Shown: one piece after another, positions 33,206 through 46,750 of the stretch | Position numbering within the stretch: the stretch's first letter is position 1 | Layout: each line of letters opens with the position of its first letter | NCBI GenBank assembly: GCA_951406725.2 | Contig: CATOCA020000001.1 | Location: forward strand, 7,316,001 to 7,380,000 | Length of the DNA: 64,000 bases | Direction: 5' to 3' | Origin: Octopus vulgaris | Lineage: Eukaryota | Made by a program: the position numbers and the translations under genes | The notes under the pieces: generated by a model | Database searches by the model: none | The model's input: the letters and a program-made list of their open reading frames with translations, nothing else | Told to the model about the DNA's origin: nothing

Positions 33206-35350
33206 GAATGAAAAGAGAAAAAAGAAGGAAAGAAAGAAAGAGCAAGGAAGGAATAAAGTAACGTGATTCTGTAATAATGCATGAAATGGGAGCGGGGAGA
33301 GAGAAAGAAAGAAAGGAAGGCTGGAGGGAAGGAAGGAAGAAGGAAGAAGGAAAGAAGGAATGAAGGAATGAAGGAAATAAGGAAGTAAAAGAAGGAAGGA
33401 AAGAATGGCAGTAAGGAAAGAAAGAAGGAAAAAAGGCAGTAAGAAAAGAAAGAAAGAGAGACAGAAACAAAGAAAGACAGAAACAAAGAAAGAAAGAAAT
33501 AAAGAAAGTAGAAAGGAAAGAAAGAAAGAAAGAAAGTAGAAAGGAAAGAAAGAAAGAAAGAAAGAAAGAGAGAAAGAAAGAAAGGGAGAAATAAAGGAAG
33601 AAAGGGAGAAAGTAAGAAAGAAGGGGAAACAGAAAAGAAAGAAGGTTAGAAGGAAAAAGAGGGAAAGATAGAAAGAATGAAGGGAAAAAAGAAAAAAGAA
33701 AGAAAGAAGGAAAAAAGAAGGAAAGAAAGTGAGAAGGATAAGAGCAGGGTGAGAGGGGGAGAGAGAGAAAAGGAGACAAGGAAAGGAAACGAAGCAACGA
33801 CAGAAAAAAGAAAGGAAGAAAAATGAAAGACGGATTGAAGAAGGAAAGATGAGAGGGAAGAAAGAAAAAAAGAATGAAGGGTAAGAAGAAGGAAATGAAA
33901 AACAGAAAGTAAACAAAGAAATAAGGAAAATAAAGGAAGGAAGGAAGGAAAGAAAGAATGAGAGAAATGAAGGAAGAAAGAAAGAAAGAAAGAAAGGAAA
34001 GAAAGAAAGAAAGAAAAAGGAAAAAAGAAATGAAGAAAGAAAGAAAGAAATGAGGGAAATGAAGGAAGAAAGAAACAAAGAAACAAACAAAGAAACAAAT
34101 AAGAACATTAAAAAAAGAAAGAAAGAAAGAAAGAAAGTGTGTGTGTATACGAAGAGCCTCTTTCAGTTTCCGTCTACCAAGTCTACTCTTACGTCGACCC
34201 GAAGATATAACAGAAGACATCTGGACAAGGCGCCAGGCAGTGATACCGAACCTGGAACCATACGGTTGGGAACCAACTTTCTTACCGTAAAGCCCTGTCT
34301 GTAATTTTAGTTGATAAAACAAATCAAATCTTCGGATACATGTTTCTGATAGTTGAACTTTCTGCTCCACATGTATTCATGGAGAGAAGGAGGCGTGAAA
34401 TATTTCACGCTATGGCTGTAATATCGTTTCTTTTAATTCAGCTGACATCCATCTCGATAATCTTTCGTTTTAAGTATTCACGCGCAGAAAGAAAGAATAC
34501 AGAAAAATCTGCAAACCAAATAAATTAAATGTGATTTCTTTTCAAAGTGAAATATATTCCAAAATTGCTAATTGATTTAAGATATGGCTGAGGGTACTCT
34601 GCCTGTTGTTTCTAGCTCAAAGAAGGTCGCATCTATGGAGTGAGAAGGAACGTGTCTCCATGGACTTCACCATCTGCATTCAGGATGGGAATAAAAAGAC
34701 AATAAACTGAAAAGCAAAAACAATGTCGATATGTAGTACCTGGCTGTTATTTCTAGCATGATGCGAGGCTAAGCTTAGGAGAATATCCTTAACGTTCTCT
34801 GACGCTTCATCAGAGCGAACGATTTGCACGAAACTTGTTTAAACAGGTGAATTAAGTCTGAGCCTCTTCTAAGTGCTGTGTATTGCGTCGCCGAATGGAA
34901 GCTTGGCCGCATCCACAAAGGGAAAAAGGATGAAGAAACGCGAATGCGCGTTGACTTGTGATTTCAGTTGCTGCAGCATCCAACCTATGATTTGTATTGA
35001 GATGTAAGTGTGAACGATTGGAACCAAATGCAGCTGAAAGGCACGAGGAATTCTGAAACTTTCATTATTACACCGGATCGATGTATTTAATTATTTAATT
35101 AATGATTAATTACAGACTTACTCTATGTATGTGTGTCCGCGCGTGTGTGTGTTTACATTTTATTAAACCCCATGGCTTCACGACCAGTGTTTGGTTGTTT
35201 ACGTCCCTGCGGTCGACTTTGCCTTTCATCCTTTCGGGGTCGATAAATTAAGTACAAGTTACGCACTGAGGTCGATGTAATCGACTTAATCCGTTTGTCT
35301 GTCCGTGTTTGTCCCCACCTTGTTTAGCCCCTTGTGGGTAATAAAGACAG

Positions 35351-38232
35351 AGTAACTTAGTCGTTTGGCAAAAGTTACCGACAGAAGTATTATGCACGCA
35401 CGCACACACACGCACATGCTGGAGTACTCCCTTCAATTGAAATTCCTGATAAGTTTACTCCAGCCTGGCCGCTGTGCAATGACTGAAGCCCTTAAAAAAA
35501 CGTAAGGTCTCAATGAAACACTCCTTTCTTCTTCCCTAAACATATTCGCCAATTTCGAAAGACTTCAATGAATTATTTAGATTAAAACAGATTTGGAAAT
35601 GAAAGAATGAGAGAAAGGAAAGAAAGAAAGAAAGAAGGAAAGAATGAGAGAAATGGAGGAAGGAAGAAAGAAAGGGAAGTAAGAAAGAAAGAATGGAAGG
35701 AAGGAAGGAAGAAAGAAAGAAGGAAAGAAAGAAAGAATGAACGAATGAACGAAAGAAAGGAAGAAAGAAAGAATGAGAGAAATGAATAAAGGAAGAAAGA
35801 AAGAAAGAATGGAAGGAAGGAAGGAAGAAAGAAAGAAGGAAAGAAAGAAAGAATGAACGAATGAACGAAAGAAAGAAAGAAAGAAAGAATGAGAGAAATG
35901 AAGGAAGAAAGAAAGAAAGACAGACAGAAGGGAAAAAAAGAAAGAAAAAGGAAAGAAAGAAAATAGAAAGAAAGAAAGTAACTTAGTCGTTTGGCAAAAG
36001 TTACCGACAGAAGTATTATGCACGCACACACACACACGCACATGCTGGAGTACTCCCTTCAATTGAAATTCCTGAAAAGTTTACTCCAGCCTCGCCGCTG
36101 TGCAATGACTGAAGCCCTTAAAAAACGTAAGGTCTCAATGAAACACTCCTTTCTTCTTCCCTAAACATATTCGCCAATTTCGAAAGACTTCAATGAATTA
36201 TTTACATTAAAACAAATTTGGAAATGAAAGAATGAGAGAAAGGAAAGAAAGAAAGAAAGAAGGAAAGAATGAGAGAAATGAAGGAAGGAAGAAAGAAAGG
36301 GAAGTAAGAAAGAAAGAATGGAAGGAAGGAAGGAAGAAAGAAAGAAGGAAAGAAAGAAAGAAAGAATGAACGAATGAACGAAAGAAAGAAAGAAAGAATG
36401 AGAGAAATGAAGGAAGAAAGAAAGAAAGGGAAGTAAGAAAGTAAGATTGGAAGGAAGGAAGGAAGAAAAAAGGAAGGAAAGAAAGAAAGAATGAACGAAT
36501 GAACGAAAGAAAGAAAGAAAGAATGAGAGAAATGAAGGAAGGAAGAAAGAAAGGGAAGTAAGAAAGAAAGAATGGAAGGAAGGAAGGAAGAAAGGAGGAA
36601 GGAAAGAAAGAATGAACGAATGAACGAAAGAAAGAAAGAAAGAAAGAAAGAATGAGAGAAATGAAGGAAGAAAGAAAGAAAGAAAGAAAGACAGAAGGGA
36701 AAAAAGAAAGAAGAAGGAAAGAAAGAAAAAAGAAAGAAAGAAAGTAACTTAGTCGTTTGGCAAAAGTTACCGACAGAAGTATTATGCACGCACGCACACA
36801 CACGCACATGCTGGAGTACTCCCTTCAATTGAAATTCCTGATAAGTTTACTCCAGCCTGGCCGCTGTGCAATGACTGAAGCCCTTAAAAAAACGTAAGGT
36901 CTCAATGAAACACTCCTTTCTTCTTCCCTAAACATATTCGCCAATTTCGAAAGACTTCAATGAATTATTTACTTTAAAACAGATTTGGAAATGAAAGAAT
37001 GAGAGAAAGGAAAGAAAGAAAGAAAGAAGGAAAGAATGAGAGAAATGAAGGAAGGAAGAAAGAAAGGGAAGTAAGAAAGAAAGAATGGAAGGAAGGAAGG
37101 AAGAAAGAAAGAAGGAAAGAAAGAAAGAATGAACGAATGAACGAAAGAAAGGAAGAAAGAAAGAATGAGAGAAATGAGTGAAGGAAGAAAGAAAGAAAGA
37201 ATGGAAGGAAGGAAGGAAGAAAGAAAGAAGGAAAGAAAGAAAGAATGAACGAATGAACGAAAGAAAGAAAGAAAGAATGAGAGAGAGAGAAATGAAGGAA
37301 GAAAGAAAGAAAGGGAAGTAAGAAAGAAAGAATGGAAGGAAGGAAGGAAGAAAGAAAGAAGGAAAGAAAGAAAGAAAGAACGAATGAACGAAAGAAAGAA
37401 TGAGAGAAATGAAGGAAGAAAGAAAGAAAGAAAGACAGAAGGGAAAAAAAGAAAGAAAAAAGGAAAGAAAGAAAATAGAAAGAAAGAAAGTAACTTAGTC
37501 GTTTGGCAAAAGTTACCGACAGAAGTATTATGCACGCACGCACACACACGCACATGCTGGAGTACTCCCTTCAATTGAAATTCCTGAAAAGTTTACTCCA
37601 GCCTGGCCGCTGTGCAATGACTGAAGCCCTTAAAAAAACGTAAGGTCTCAATGAAACACTCCTTTCTTCTTCCCTAAACATATTCGCAAATTTCGAAAGA
37701 CTTCAATGAATTATTTACATTAAAACAAATTTGGAAATGAAAGAATGACAGAAAGGAAAGAAAGAAAGAAAGAAGGAAAGAATGAGAGAAATGAAGGAAG
37801 GAAGAAAGAAAGGGAAGTAAGAAAGAAAGAATGGAAGGAAGGAAGGAAGAAAGAAAGAAAGAAGGAAGGAAAGAAAGAATGAACGAATGAACAAAAGAAA
37901 GAAAGAAGGAAAGAATGAGAGAAATGAAGGAAGGAAGAAAGAAAGAAAGAATGGAAGGAAGGAAGGAAGAAAGAAAGAAGGAAAGAAAGAAAGAAAGAAT
38001 GAACGAATGAACGAAAGAAAGAAAGAAAGAAAGGGAAGTAAGAAAGAAAGAATGGAAGGAAGGAAGGAAGAAAGAAGGAAGGAAAGAAAGAAAGAATGAA
38101 CGAATGAACGAAAGAAATAAAGAAAGAATGAGAGAAATGAAGGAAGGAAGAAAGAAAGGGAATTAAGAAAGAAAGAATGGAAGGAAGGAAGGAAGAAAGA
38201 AGGAAGGAAAGAAAGAATGAACGAATGAACGA

Positions 38233-38264
<32 letters not shown>

Positions 38265-41200
38265 ATGAGAGAAATGAAGGAAGAAAGAAAGAAAGAAAGA
38301 AAGACAGAAGGGAAAAAAAGAAAGAAAAAGGAAAGAAAGAAAAAAGAAAGAAAGAAAGTAACTTAGTCGTTTGGCAAAAGTTACCGACAGAAGTATTATG
38401 CACGCACGCACACACACACACATGCTGGAGTACTCCCTTCAATTGAAATTCCTGAAAAGTTTACTCCAGCCTGGCCGCTGTGCAATGACTGAAGCCCTTA
38501 AAAAAAACGTAAGGTCTCAATGAAACACTCCTTTCTTCTTCCCTAAACATATTCGCCAATTTCGAAAGACTTCAATGAATTATTTACTTTAAAACAGATT
38601 TGGAAATAAAAGAATGAGAGAAAGGAAAGAAAGAAAGAAAGAAGGAAAGAATGAGAGGAATGAAGGAAAGAAGAAAGAAAGGGAAGTAAGAAAGAAAGAA
38701 TGGAAGGAAGGAAGGAAGAAAGAAAGAAGGAAAGAAAGAATGAACGAATGAACGAAAGAAAGGAAGAAAGAAAGAATGAGAGAAATGAATGAAGGAAGAA
38801 AGAAAGAAAGAATGGAAGGAAGGAACGAAGAAAGAAAGAAGGAAAGAAAGAAAGAATGAACGAATGAACGAAAGAAAGAAAGAAAGAATGAGAGAAATGA
38901 AGGAAGAAAGAAAGAAAGGAAGTAAGAAAGAAAGAATGGAAGGAAGGAAGGAAGAAAGAAAGAAGGAAAGAAAGAAAGAAAGAACGAATGAACGAAAGAA
39001 AGAATGAGAGAAATGAAGGAAGAAAGAAAGAAAGAAAGACAGAAGGGAAAAAAAGAAAGAAAAAGGAAAGAAAGAAAAAGAAAGAAAGAAAGTAACTTAG
39101 TCGTTTGGCAAAAGTTACCGACAGAAGTATTATGCACGCACACACACACACGCACATGCTGGAGTACTCCCTTCAATTGAAATTCCTGAAAAGTTTACTC
39201 CAGCCTGGCCGCTGTGCAATGACTGAAGCCCTTAAAAAACGTAAGGTCTCAATGAAACACTCCTTTCTTCTTCCCTAAACATATTCGCCAATTTCGAAAG
39301 ACTTCAATGAATTATTTACATTAAAACAAATTTGGAAATGAAAGAATGACAGAAAGGAAAGAAAGAAAGAAAGAAAGAAAGAATGAGAGAAATGCAGGAT
39401 GGAAGAAAGAAAGGGGAGAAAGAAAGAAAGAATGGAAAAAGAAAGAAAGAAGGAAGGAAAGAAAGAATGAACGAATGAACGAAAGAAAGAAAGAAAGAAA
39501 GAATGAGAGAAATGAATGAAGGAAGAAAGAAAGAAAGAATGGAAGGAAGGAAGGAAGAAAGAAAGAATGGAAGGAAGGAAGGAAGGAAGAAAGAAAGAAG
39601 GAAAGAAAGAAAGAGAGAATGAACGAATGGACGAAAGAAAGAAAGAAAGAATGAGAGAAATGAAGGAAGCAAGAAAGAAAGGGAAGTAAGAAAGAAAGAA
39701 TGGAAGGAAGGAAGGAAGAAAGAAGGAAGGAAAGAAAGAAAGAATGAACGAATGAACGAAAGAAAGAAAGAAAGAATGAGAGAAATGAAGGAAGGAAGAA
39801 AGAAAGGGAAGTAAGAAAGAAAGAATGGAAGGAAGGAAGGAAGAAAGAAGGAAGGAAAGAAAGAATGAACGAATGAACGAAAGAAAGAAAGAAAGAAAGA
39901 AAGAATGAGAGAAATGAAGGAAGAAAGAAAGAAAGAAAGAAAGACAGAAAGGAAAAAAGAAAGAAAAAGGAAAGAAAGAAAAAAGAAAGAAAGAAAGTAA
40001 CTTAGTCGTTTGGCAAAAGTTACCGACAGAAGTATTATGCACGCACGCACACACACACACATGCTGGAGTACTCCCTTCAATTGAAATTCCTGAAAAGTT
40101 TACTCCAGCCTGGCCGCTGTGCAATGACTGAAGCCCTTAAAAAAACGTAAGGTCTCAATGAAACACTCCTTTCTTCTTCCCTAAACATATTCGCCAATTT
40201 CGAAAGACTTCAATGAATTATTTACTTTAAAACAGATTTGGAAATAAAAGAATGAGAGAAAGGAAAGAAAGAAAGAAAGAAGGAAAGAATGAGAGAAATG
40301 AAGGAAAGAAGAAAGAAAGGGAAGTAAGAAAGAAAGAATGGAAGGAAGGAAGGAAGAAAGAAAGAAGGAAAGAAAGAATGAACGAATGAACGAAAGAAAG
40401 GAAGAATGAAAGAATGAGAGAAATGAATGAAGGAAGAAAGAAAGAAAGAATGGAAGGAAGGAAGGAAGAAAGAAAGAAGGAAAGAAAGAAAGAATGAACG
40501 AATGAACGAAAGAAAGAAAGAAAGAATGAGAGAAATGAAGGAAGAAAGAAAGAAAGGGAAGTAAGAAAGAAAGAATGGAAGGAAGGAAGGAAGAAAGAAA
40601 GAAGGAAAGAAAGAAAGAAAGAACGAATGAACGAAAGAAAGAATGAGAGAAATGAAGGAAGAAAGAAAGAAAGAAAGACAGAAAGGAAAAAAGAAAGAAA
40701 AAGGAAAGAAAGAAAAAGAAAGAAAGAAAGTAACTTAGTCGTTTGGCAAAAGTTACCGACAGAAGTATTATGCACGCACACACACACACGCACATGCTGG
40801 AGTACTCCCTTCAATTGAAATTCCTGAAAAGTTTACTCCAGCCTGGCCGCTGTGCAATGACTGAAGCCCTTAAAAAAACGTAAGGTCTCAATGAAACACT
40901 CCTTTCTTCTTCCCTAAACATATTCGCCAATTTCGAAAGACTTCAATGAATTATTTACTTTAAAACAGATTTGGAAATAAAAGAATGAGAGAAAGGAAAG
41001 AAAGAAAGAAAGAAGGAAAGAATGAGAGAAATGAAGGAAAGTAGAAATAAAGGGAAGTAAGAAAGAAAGAATGGAAGGAAGGAAGGAAGAAAGAAAGAAG
41101 GAAAGAAAGAATGAACGAATGAACGAAAGAAAGGAAGAAAGAAAGAATGAGAGAAATGAATGAAGGAAGAAAGAAAGAAAGAATGGAAGGAAGGAAGGAA

Positions 41201-44200
41201 GAAAGAAAGAAGGAAAGAAAGAAAGAATGAACGAATGAACGAAAGAAAGAAAGAAAGAATGAGAGAAATGAAGGAAGAAAGAAAGAAAGGAAGTAAGAAA
41301 GAAAGAATGGAAGGAAGGAAGGAAGAAAGAAAGAAGGAAAGAAAGAAAGAAAGAACGAATGAACGAAAGAAAGAATGAGAGAAATGAAGGAAGAAAGAAA
41401 GAAAGAAAGACAGAAGGGAAAAAAGAAAGAAAAAGGAAAGAAAGTAACTTAATCGTTTGGCAAAAGTTACCGACAGAAGTATTATGCACGCACACACACA
41501 CACGCACATGCTGGAGTACTCCCTTCAATTGAAATTCCTGATAAGTTTACTCCAGCCTGGCCGCTGTGCAATGACTGAAGCCCTTAAAAAACGTAAGGTC
41601 TCAATGAAACACTCCTTTCTTCTTCCCTAAACATATTCGCCAATTTCGAAAGACTTCAATGAATTATTTACATTAAAACAAATTTGGAAATGAAAGAATG
41701 ACAGAAAGGAAAGAAAGAAAGAAAGAAAGAAGGAAAGAATGAGAGAAATGAAGGAAGGAAGAAAGAAAGAATGGAAGGAAGGAAGGAAGGAAGAAAGAAA
41801 GAAGGAAGAAAGAAAGAAGGAAAGAAAGAAAGAATGAACGAATGAACGAAAGAAAGGAAGAAAGAAAGAATGAGAGAAATGAAGGAAGGAAGAAAGAAAG
41901 AAAGACAGAAGGGAAAAAAGAAAGAAAAAGGAAAGAAAGAAAAAAGAAAGAAAGAATGAGAGAAATGAAGGAAGGAAGAAAGAAAGGGAAGTAAGAAAGA
42001 AAGAATGGAAGAAAGGAAGGAAGAAAGAAAGAAGGAAAGAAAGAAAGAAAGAACGAATGAACGAAAGAAAGGAAGAAAGAAAGAATGAGAGAAATGAAGG
42101 AAGGAAGAAAGAAAGAACGACAGAAGGGAAAAAATGAAAGAAAAAGGAAAGAAAGAAAAAAGAAAGAAAGAAAGTAACTTAGTCGTTTGGCAAAAGTTAC
42201 CGACAGAAGTATTATGCCCTCACGCACACACATGCACATGCTGGAGTACTCCCTTCAATTGAAATTCCTGAAAAGTTTACTCCAGCCTGGCCGCTGTGCA
42301 ATGACTGAAGCCCTTAAAAACGTAAGGTCTCAATGAAACACTCCTTTCTTCTTCCCTAAACATATTCGCCAATTTCGAAAGACTTCAATGAATTATTTAC
42401 TTTAAAACAGATTTGGAAATAAAAGAATGAGAGAAAGGAAAGAAAGAAAGAAAGAAGGAAAGAATGAGAGAAATGAAGGAAAGAAGAAAGAAAGGGAAGT
42501 AAGAAAGAAAGAATGGAAGGAAGGAAGGAAGAAAGAAAGAAGGAAAGAAAGAATGAACGAATGAACGAAAGAAAGGAAGAATGAAAGAATGAGAGAAATG
42601 AATGAAGGAAGAAAGAAAGAAAGAATGGAAGGAAGGAAGGAAGAAAGAAAGAAGGAAAGAAAGAAAGAATGAACGAATGAACGAAAGAAAGAAAGAAAGA
42701 ATGAGAGAAATGAAGGAAGAAAGAAAGAAAGGAAGTAAGAAAGAAAGAATGGAAGGAAGGAAGGAAGAAAGAAAGAAGGAAAGAAAGAAAGAAAGAACGA
42801 ATGAACGAAAGAAAGAATGAGAGAAATGAAGGAAGAAAGAAAGAAAGAAAGACAGAAGGAAAAAAAGAAAGAAAAAGGAAAGAAAGAAAAAAGAAAGAAA
42901 GAAAGTAACTTAGTCGTTTTGCAAAAGTTACCGACAGAAGTATTATGCACGCACACACACACACGCACATGCTGGAGTACTCCCTTCAATTGAAATTCCT
43001 GAAAAGTTTACTCCAGCCTGGCCGCTGTGCAATGACTGAAGCCCTTAAAAAAACGTAAGGTCTCAATGAAACACTCCTTTCTTCTTCCCTAAACATATTC
43101 GCCAATTTCGAAAGACTTCAATGAATTATTTACATTAAAACAAATTTGGAAATGAAAGAATGACAGAAAGGAAAGAAAGAAAGAAAGAAGGAAAGAATGA
43201 GAGAAATGGTGGAAGGAAGAAAGAAAGGGAAGTAAGAAAGAAAGAATGGAAGGAAGGAAGGAAGAAAGAAAGAAGGAAAGAAAGAAAGAATGAACGAATG
43301 AACGAAAGAAGGGAAGAAAGAAAGAATGAGAGAAATGAATGAAGGAAGAAAGAAAGAAAGAATGGAAGGAAGGAAGGAAGAAAGAAAGAATGAAAGAAAG
43401 AAAGAATGAACGAATGAACGAAAGAAAGAAAGAAAGAAAGAATGAGAGAAATGAAGGAAGAAAGGAAGAAAGACAGACAGAAGGGAAAAAAAGAAAGAAA
43501 AAGGAAAGAAAGAAAAAAGAAAGAAAGAAAGTAACTTAGTCGTTTGGCAAAAGTTACCGACAGAAGTATTATGCACGCACGCACACACACGCACATGCTG
43601 GAGTACTCCCTTCAATTGAAATTCCTGAAAAGTTTACTCCAGCCTGGCCGCTGTGCAATGACTGAAGCCCTTAAAAAAACGTAAGGTCTCAATGAAACAC
43701 TCCTTTCTTCTTCCCTAAACATATTCGCCAATTTCGAAAGACTTCAATGAATTATTTACATTAAAACAGATTTGGAAATGAAAGAATGACAGAAAGAAAG
43801 AAAGAAAGAAAGAAAGAAGGAAAGAATGAGAGAAATGAAGGAAGGAAGAAAGAAAGAATGGAAGGAAGGAAGGAAGGAAGAAAGAAAGAAGGAAAGAAAG
43901 AAAGAATGAACGAATGAACGAAAGAAGGGAAGAAAGAAAGAATGAGAGAAATGAATGAAGGAAGAAAGAAAGAAAGAAGGAAGGAAGAAAGAAAGAAGGA
44001 AAGAAAGAAAGAATGAACGAATGAACGAAAGAAGGGAAGAAAGAAAGAATGAGAGAAATGAATGAAGGAAGAAAGAAAGAAAGAATGGAAGGAAGGAAGG
44101 AAGAAAGAAAGAAGGAAAGAAAGAAAGAATGAACGAATGAACGAAAGAAAGAAAGAAAGAAAGAATGAGAGAAATGAAGGAAGAAAGAAAGAAAGACAGA

Positions 44201-44950
44201 CAGAAGGGAAAAAAAGAAAGAAAAAGGAAAGAAAGAAAAAAGAAAGAAAGAAAGTAACTTAGTCGTTTGGCAAAAGTTACCGACAGAAGTATTATGCACG
44301 CACGCACACACACGCACATGCTGGAGTACTCCCTTCAATTGAAATTCCTGATAAGTTTACTCCAGCCTGGCCGCTGTGCAATGACTGAAGCCCTTAAAAA
44401 AACGTAAGGTCTCAATGAAACACTCCTTTCTTCTTCCCTAAACATATTCGCCAATTTCGAAAGACTTCAATGAATTATTTACATTAAAACAAATTTGGAA
44501 ATGAAAGAATGACAGAAAGGAAAGAAAGAAAGAAAGAAAGAAAGAAGGAAAGAATGAGAGAAATGAAGGAAGGAAGAAAGAAAGAATGGAAGGAAGGAAG
44601 GAAGAAAGAAAGGGAAGTAAGAAAGAAAGAATGGAAGGAAGGAAGAAAGAAAGAAAGAAGGAAAGAAAGAAAGAAAGAATGAACGAATGAACGAAAGAAA
44701 GAAAGAAAGAAAGAATGAGAGAAATGAAGGAAGAAAGAAAGAAAGGGAAGTAAGAAAGAAAGAATGGAAGGAAGGAAGGAAGAAAGAAAGAAGGAAAGAA
44801 AGAAAGAAAGAATGAACAAATGAACGAAAGAAAGAAAGAAGGAAAGAATGAGAGAAATGGAGGAAGGAAGAAAGAAAGGGAAGTAAGAAAGAAAGAATGG
44901 AAGGAAGGAAGGAAGAAAGAAAGAAGGAAAGAAAGAAAGATTTGGAAATC
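35351..44950 (-). repeat. Same satellite, 13 cores
   Basis: Cores at about 35352, 35978, 36744, 37490, 38358, 39092, 39997, 40730, 41444, 42174, 42905, 43531 and 44254; periods about 626-905 bp. Confidence 0.95.
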
Positions 44951-45976
44951 TTCACAGATTTTATTTCACAAAACAGAACCTGATACAGATACAGGCAAAA
45001 AGGGATGCAAGAAGAGTTACTATCCTTACCGTTCGCTCCTCCCATCTAATTATCTAATTCACCTTGACTCCACCCATTTCATTTATTACCTCCTACCCTT
45101 CCTCTATTTGCAAATATATTCATCGTCCTCTCTCTCTCTCTCGCTCCCTCTTTCTCTGTCTCTCTATCTCTTTCTATTCTCTCATCTCATTATTTATTAC
45201 AGAATCCTCCCACTCTCTTCTTTTCCGTCTTAACCCCGCCCCCCGTTCTCTACCTTGCTAGACACATATAGCATTTTGTTTCAATCCCCCCTCTCTCTCT
45301 CAGTCGTTCTTTCTCTCTCTCTCTCTCTCACCCTCCCTTACTCTATATATCTTTCTATATCACTCCGTCACTCTTCTTTCTCTCTCTCTCCCTCCCTTCC
45401 TCTCTCTCCCATTCGTCCTTTCTCTCTCTCTCTCCCTCCTCCCTTAATCTATATATCTTTCTGTATCACTCTGTCACTCTTCTTTCTCTCTCTTACCTCA
45501 TGCTCTCTCTCTCTCCCTCCCTTCCTCTCTCTCTCAGTCCTCCTTTCCCTCTCTCTCTCCTCCTCCCTTAATCTATATATCTTTCTATATCACTCTGTCA
45601 CTCTTCTTTCTCTCTCTTACCTCATCCTCTCTTTCTCTCTCCCTCTTTTTCTCTCTCTCTCAGTCGTCCTTTCTCTCTCTCTCCCTCCCTTACTCTATAT
45701 AACTTTCAATATCACTCTCTCTCCCTCCCTTCCTCTCTCTCTCAGTCCTCCTTTCTCTCTCTCTCTCCCTCCCTTACTCTATATATCTTTCTATATCACT
45801 CCGTCACTCTTCTTTCTCTCTCTTTCTCTCTCCCTCCCTTTCTCTTCCGTCTACCAAAACACGTCAATCATCTTCTCCCTCTTTGTCTCCTTTCTCTCAG
45901 CCTCTCATTTTCAACACACCTCCGCCTTCCTTTCTATATTACCTCATTCTCTCCTCTTGCTTCAAATATATATCAG

Positions 45977-46007
<31 letters not shown>

Positions 46008-46490
46008 ATCTATCTATCTCTCTTTCTGTTTCTCTTTCTCTTTTAGTATCTCTCTTTCTTTCATTCTGTGTCTCTCTTTCTGTCTCTCTATCTGTCTCTC
46101 TTTTTCTCTCTTCCTTTCTTTCTCTCTCTCTCTTTCTGTCTCTCACTCTCTTTCTCTCTTTCATTCTGTCTCTCTCCTTCTCTTTTCTTTTCTTCTCTCT
46201 CTCTCTCTTTCTGTCTGTCTGTCTGTCTCTCACTCTCTTTCTCTCTCTTTGCATATTATACGTTAATGTTGGTTCCGTCTTTCTGTCTCTCTGTCTGTCT
46301 GTCTGTCTCTTTCTCTTTCTGTCTCTCTCTTTCTGCCTTTCTATTTCTGTCTCTCTCTCTCTCCCTCTCTCGCTCTCTCCCTCCCTCTCTGCCATCTTCA
46401 TTTCTATGTCTCACACCCTTTTCTCTCTTTCTCTCTCTTTGCACATTATACATTAATGCCGATTCCGTAGGTTTCACTTTCTCTTTCTTT

Positions 46491-46550
<60 letters not shown>

Positions 46551-46593
46551 TGCACATTATACGATAATGTCGTTTCCTTATGTGTCACTCTCT

Positions 46594-46625
<32 letters not shown>

Positions 46626-46706
46626 TCGTTCTTTCTTTCTTTCCCTTCCGCTTTCTTCCTCATTATATCTTACCCTTTCCATCTTCCTTTCTTTTTATTT
46701 CTTTTT

Positions 46707-46750
<44 letters not shown>

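Noticed and set aside
35248-45045. Apparent tandem gene family (MKGVLQH..., MCVCV...) or CRISPR-like array
   Set aside because: The ORFs are satellite read-through with TTG/GTG starts. Repeats are ~245 bp, spacers are low-complexity and related to each other, and there are no cas genes.
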